Positions 60,723 to 64,000 of a stretch of 64,000 bases of DNA are shown piece by piece. The DNA lies in assembly GCA_963663405.2 (NCBI GenBank), contig CAXXSM010000104.1:1-64000 (forward strand), written 5' to 3'. The translations under genes and the position numbers were made by a program. Every line of letters begins with the position of its first letter. The stretch's first letter is position 1. Origin of the DNA: a bacterium (lineage in GTDB: Bacteria > Hinthialibacterota > Hinthialibacteria > Hinthialibacterales > Hinthialibacteraceae). The notes beneath the pieces are model-generated. The model was not told the DNA's origin, made no database searches, and worked only from the letters and a program-made list of their open reading frames with translations.

Positions 60723-61466
60723 TTACTCGTTATCCAACAAGCGGGGCCGTTTAAAGCGCGCTATGGCGGCGGCGATTAACACACAATTGACGAGCGCCAA
60801 GAAGACAATCACGCAAATCACGATCGTTGCCGCGTCCATCGTTTTTAACGTTTCGAAGACCGGTTTCCGCCATGATTCGGGGAGAAGCATACCTCCCAGA
60901 AAGGGGAGGAAATAGAATCCCATAACGACAAGGCTCATTGATTGCTGCGCCTGTTTGACCGTTGTGGCCCGCAGAGAGAACAGCACACCCATCGCCGACG
61001 CGAGAAGCGATCCTAACAATCCCATAATCAGTGTTCCAGCAAAGAAGGAAAGAGAAGGAAAGATGGGCGCCTCTTCTAAATTCGTCAGATTGCATACCAG
61101 CAGCGACGTCAGATAAAGCGTCACCATCATACACCAACCGTAGAGCAAAGCGGCGCCGATTTTCCCAAATAAGATAGCCTGGTCTGACAAGCGGCTTGCG
61201 AGTAGAGTTTCTAAGGTTTTTCGTTCCCGTTCGCCCGCGAAGGAATCAGCGATGATTGTGGAAACCCACACAAGGGGAAGCCAAATCGCGAAGAACATGA
61301 TAAATGGATTGTCCGATCCCAAATCCGCGCCAAAATTAATCGGAAAAAAAACCGCGAAAATCAAGAAGGTGATTCCAATGCCGACTTTCGCTCCTTTGGT
61401 CCCCATTACAATTGAGTAGATTTCTTTGAGTTCTTTCCAAATCATTGTTCGAATATCCGCAATCAT
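60723..61466 (-). CDS. ABC-2 type exporter permease
   Basis: WKELKE, DSFAGERERKTLETLLA, ILFGK; about 6 TM helices; overlaps the ATPase stop. Confidence 0.92.
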   Translation of the reverse strand: MIADIRTMIWKELKEIYSIVMGTKGAKVGIGITFLIFAVFFPINFGADLGSDNPFIMFFAIWLPLVWVSTIIADSFAGERERKTLETLLASRLSDQAILFGKIGAALLYGWCMMVTLYLTSLLVCNLTNLEEAPIFPSLSFFAGTLIMGLLGSLLASAMGVLFSLRATTVKQAQQSMSLVVMGFYFLPFLGGMLLPESWRKPVFETLKTMDAATIVICVIVFLALVNCVLIAAAIARFKRPRLLDNE

Positions 61467-62404
61467 TCTTCCGTCTCCTCCTCTTCCATCAGTGTCAGGA
61501 ACGCTTCTTCCAAGCTGGCGGATCCTTTATGAACTTCTTCGATCTCCATACCGTTCTCGACCAGCATTTTCACAATCGGCGCCATACCGCCCTCTCCTTG
61601 CAATTCAATCATCAGATTATCGTCTTGGATTTCGGCGTTGGTGACATCGTCCCGCGATCGAAGTGATTCTAAGACCGCCTCGTTGAAACCTCGTCCAGCG
61701 ACAGACGCTTTTCTTGATCCCATCTTGCCGCGGATTTCATCGGGGGGGCCTACATCCAACAGTTTTCCCTTGCGGATCATGGCGACTTGATGGCAGAGTT
61801 TTTCCGCTTCCGTTAAGTTGTGAGTCGTGAGAAAAACCGTCGTCCCCTCATTTTCAACCAACGCCGCCAAGTCGTCACGAATAGCCGCGGCGGCGACAGG
61901 ATCGAGACCGGCGGTTGGCTCGTCGAGAAAGATCATCGATGGGCGATGAAGCAGAACACGGGCGAGAGCCAGTTTCTGTTTCATGCCCCGGCTCCAGCCG
62001 TTCACGATCTCTTTCCGGCGTTCCCATAATCCCAGGTGGGTCAATAATTCTTCAATCCGCTCTTCCCGTTCCTTAGAGGAGAGGCGCCAGACGCGGCCAT
62101 AGAATTGCAGATTGTCTTCCGCCGGCATACGCTCATAAAGGCCGGGATGTTCGAGCAGCGCGCCGACACGTGTGCGAATTTCATTCCCTTCGTTGCGCAC
62201 ATCGTGTCCCATTACCGACGCGTGTCCATGAGTAGGTTCGATCAATCCTAAAAGCATCCGGATTGTAGTGGTTTTCCCCGCGCCATTCGGCCCTAAGAAT
62301 CCAAAGACGATTCCAGAAGGAATTTCCAAGGAAAGATTATCAACGGCCCGGACGGTTTTGAAATCACAGGTCAGTCCTTGTGTCTTAACTGCGATTGAAT
62401 TCAT
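61463..62404 (-). CDS. ABC transporter ATP-binding protein
   Basis: GPNGAGKTT, SRGMKQK, FLDEPTAGLDP, LTTH. Confidence 0.95.
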   Translation of the reverse strand: MNSIAVKTQGLTCDFKTVRAVDNLSLEIPSGIVFGFLGPNGAGKTTTIRMLLGLIEPTHGHASVMGHDVRNEGNEIRTRVGALLEHPGLYERMPAEDNLQFYGRVWRLSSKEREERIEELLTHLGLWERRKEIVNGWSRGMKQKLALARVLLHRPSMIFLDEPTAGLDPVAAAAIRDDLAALVENEGTTVFLTTHNLTEAEKLCHQVAMIRKGKLLDVGPPDEIRGKMGSRKASVAGRGFNEAVLESLRSRDDVTNAEIQDDNLMIELQGEGGMAPIVKMLVENGMEIEEVHKGSASLEEAFLTLMEEEETEE

Positions 62405-62627
62405 ATCGTTGCTCCGTTATAAATAAACGACCCTCTGCGCTTCTTTTTTAGTCTTATCTTGCTATTACGATTCTATTTCTTCTTTGTTTCAAATACTTTT
62501 ACAGAATGAGATGGCAGTTTGAGAGTATGAATCATTTGGCGTTTATCTCTTCTATATGAAAAAAAGAAAAAAACAAGTATGATTTTACATTCATTGAACA
62601 TAAATTCTTAGATGGAGAAAAAGCGGC

Positions 62628-63188
62628 ATGATGAAGAAACGTTCTGGTTTTACGTTGATTGAGCTATTGATTGTGGTTGCGATCATTGGAATCTTGGCGG
62701 CGATCGCGGTTCCCAATTTCCTAAACGCTCAATTGCGCGCAAAGATTGCGCGTGTTGAAGGGGATTTTAAAACGATCAGCACGCTTTTGAAATGTACCGC
62801 TTGGACCAGGGGGATCTACCCCGTTGGAATCTATTGGGCTGGGCGCAGAGTTGGGGACGGTTTACAACGCCGATCGCCTATATGTCACTCGTTCCGATAG
62901 ATGTTTTTCAACCCCTGCATGAGGAAACTGTACGTCAACGAGCATCACTGGTATGAATATTCCGCCTGTAAAGGACATACTGCGATGAAAAATATCGAAA
63001 GGGGGAGGAACCACGGATAATTATATTCTCGCAGCCTCGGCGCCGATCATGACGACGACACAATTCAGATTTCCGATTATCCCAACGCCGCAAAGTTCCT
63101 CCAATATGAAATATCGAATGGACTCAACAGCGATGGAGATATCTTAAAAGAATCGAGTCCAGGTTTGAATCCAATGCGTTCAAATTAA
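62628..63188 (+). CDS. Type IV pilin/GspG-like pseudopilin, multiply frameshifted (error or pseudogene)
   Basis: GFTLIELLIVVAIIGILAAIAVPNF. Pieces in shifting frames: AFEMYRLD, RFTTPIAY...PIDVF, YIL...SLG.D, YEISNGLNSDGDI; stop at 63188. Confidence 0.78.
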
Positions 63189-63251
63189 CAAACCACACCA
63201 TAATATTAAGAATATTATAAATTTGAGAGTACGCCAAAGGTAGTTTAAATA

Positions 63252-63983
63252 TTGAACGATCCCGTATCCAATTCGATCGCAATCATCCCCGCTCGCGGCG
63301 GCTCGAAAGGACTCCCCCGGAAGAATGTTCGTTCTCTGGGGGGGATACCATTGATCGCGCATACGATCCGCGCCGCCGTGGAAAGCCGGATCGAGCGTGT
63401 CATCGTCTCCACGGACGATGATGAAATCGCGGAGGTCTCCCGTGACTGGGGAGCGGAGATCCCCTTCCGCCGGCCGGCGGAATACTCACAAGATTCGTCA
63501 ACGTCTCTTTCTGTTCTTCTTCACGCATTGGAATTTATGGAAGAACAGGCTGGATTCACTCTCGATTACGTCATCTTTCTCCAACCAACATCACCGTTTC
63601 GGGTGACCCGGCATATTGATGAGGCGCTGGATGTTTTCTTGCGCAGTGGAAAACGTTCCTTGATCTCTGTGACTGATGTACAGGAATTTCATCCCTATTC
63701 ATGTTCCAAATGAATGAGGCCAACCACCTGACTCCGCTCTTTGCGATGGAGGAACGTCCTCTCCGGCGGCAAGACCTTCCATCATACTACCGGATCAACG
63801 GCGCCTTATATATCTCACAGCGCCTCCTATTACCACAATCTATCGCCCAGCGCGGCGATCTTTGATTGGAATTCCTTAGCGGCCTATGAGATGGACGCGC
63901 CCAGTTCAATTGATATCAACGACTATCTGGATTTCCAGAGAGCCGAACTATTCCTAAAAGAGAAAGCGGATTCATCCCGATGA
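63252..63983 (+). CDS. neuA: Acylneuraminate cytidylyltransferase (CMP-nonulosonic acid synthetase); frameshifts near 63700 and 63825
   Basis: IIPARGGSKGLPRKN, VSTDD, PFRRPAE, LQPTSPFR; the missing frame gives RRQDLPSYYRINGALYI; then SIDINDYLDF. The next gene's ATG overlaps at 63980. Confidence 0.88.
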
Positions 63984-64000
63984 GACGCGCGCCGTTGTTA

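Noticed and set aside
1-64000. tRNA, rRNA, integrase, transposase or prophage genes
   Set aside because: None recognised by eye in the intergenic regions or ORF track; short RNAs could be missed without covariance-model searches.

Overview
Gene-dense bacterial chromosomal window with about 50 genes and no rRNA, tRNA or CRISPR array that I can see. The GspG-like pilins, Tat-exported sugar oxidoreductase and epimerase, and futalosine pathway suggest an uncultured diderm of the Hinthialibacterota (OLB16)/Sumerlaeota/PVC-like type; this taxonomy is inference only. Core content: split glycine cleavage operon (gcvT-gcvH-gcvPA-gcvPB), three CDP-alcohol phosphatidyltransferases, mqnE, larC, elbB, a CPA2 antiporter, an ABC-2 exporter, neuA, and many secreted carbohydrate-active proteins (GH2, GH127, FG-GAP+DUF1080, a 1008-aa putative GH). 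The most notable structures are: (1) an AT-richer ABC-ATPase + DUF4276/TOPRIM-like cassette, a candidate anti-phage system, inserted inside the gcv operon next to a tandem pair of ~144-bp palindromic elements with 9-nt internal periodicity, with a third family member beside a decayed toxin-antitoxin locus; (2) a translationally coupled ECF sigma / ZAS-FecR anti-sigma / type IV pilin-like operon; (3) a type IIG-like N6-adenine methyltransferase followed by an SPL-like radical SAM gene; (4) apparently exported ADP-ribosylglycohydrolase and SAM-methyltransferase genes; (5) unannotated ParE/Phd remnants. Several genes, mostly near the two window ends, carry single-base frameshifts that are probably long-read assembly errors. 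All calls are by-eye motif recognition, with no database searches.
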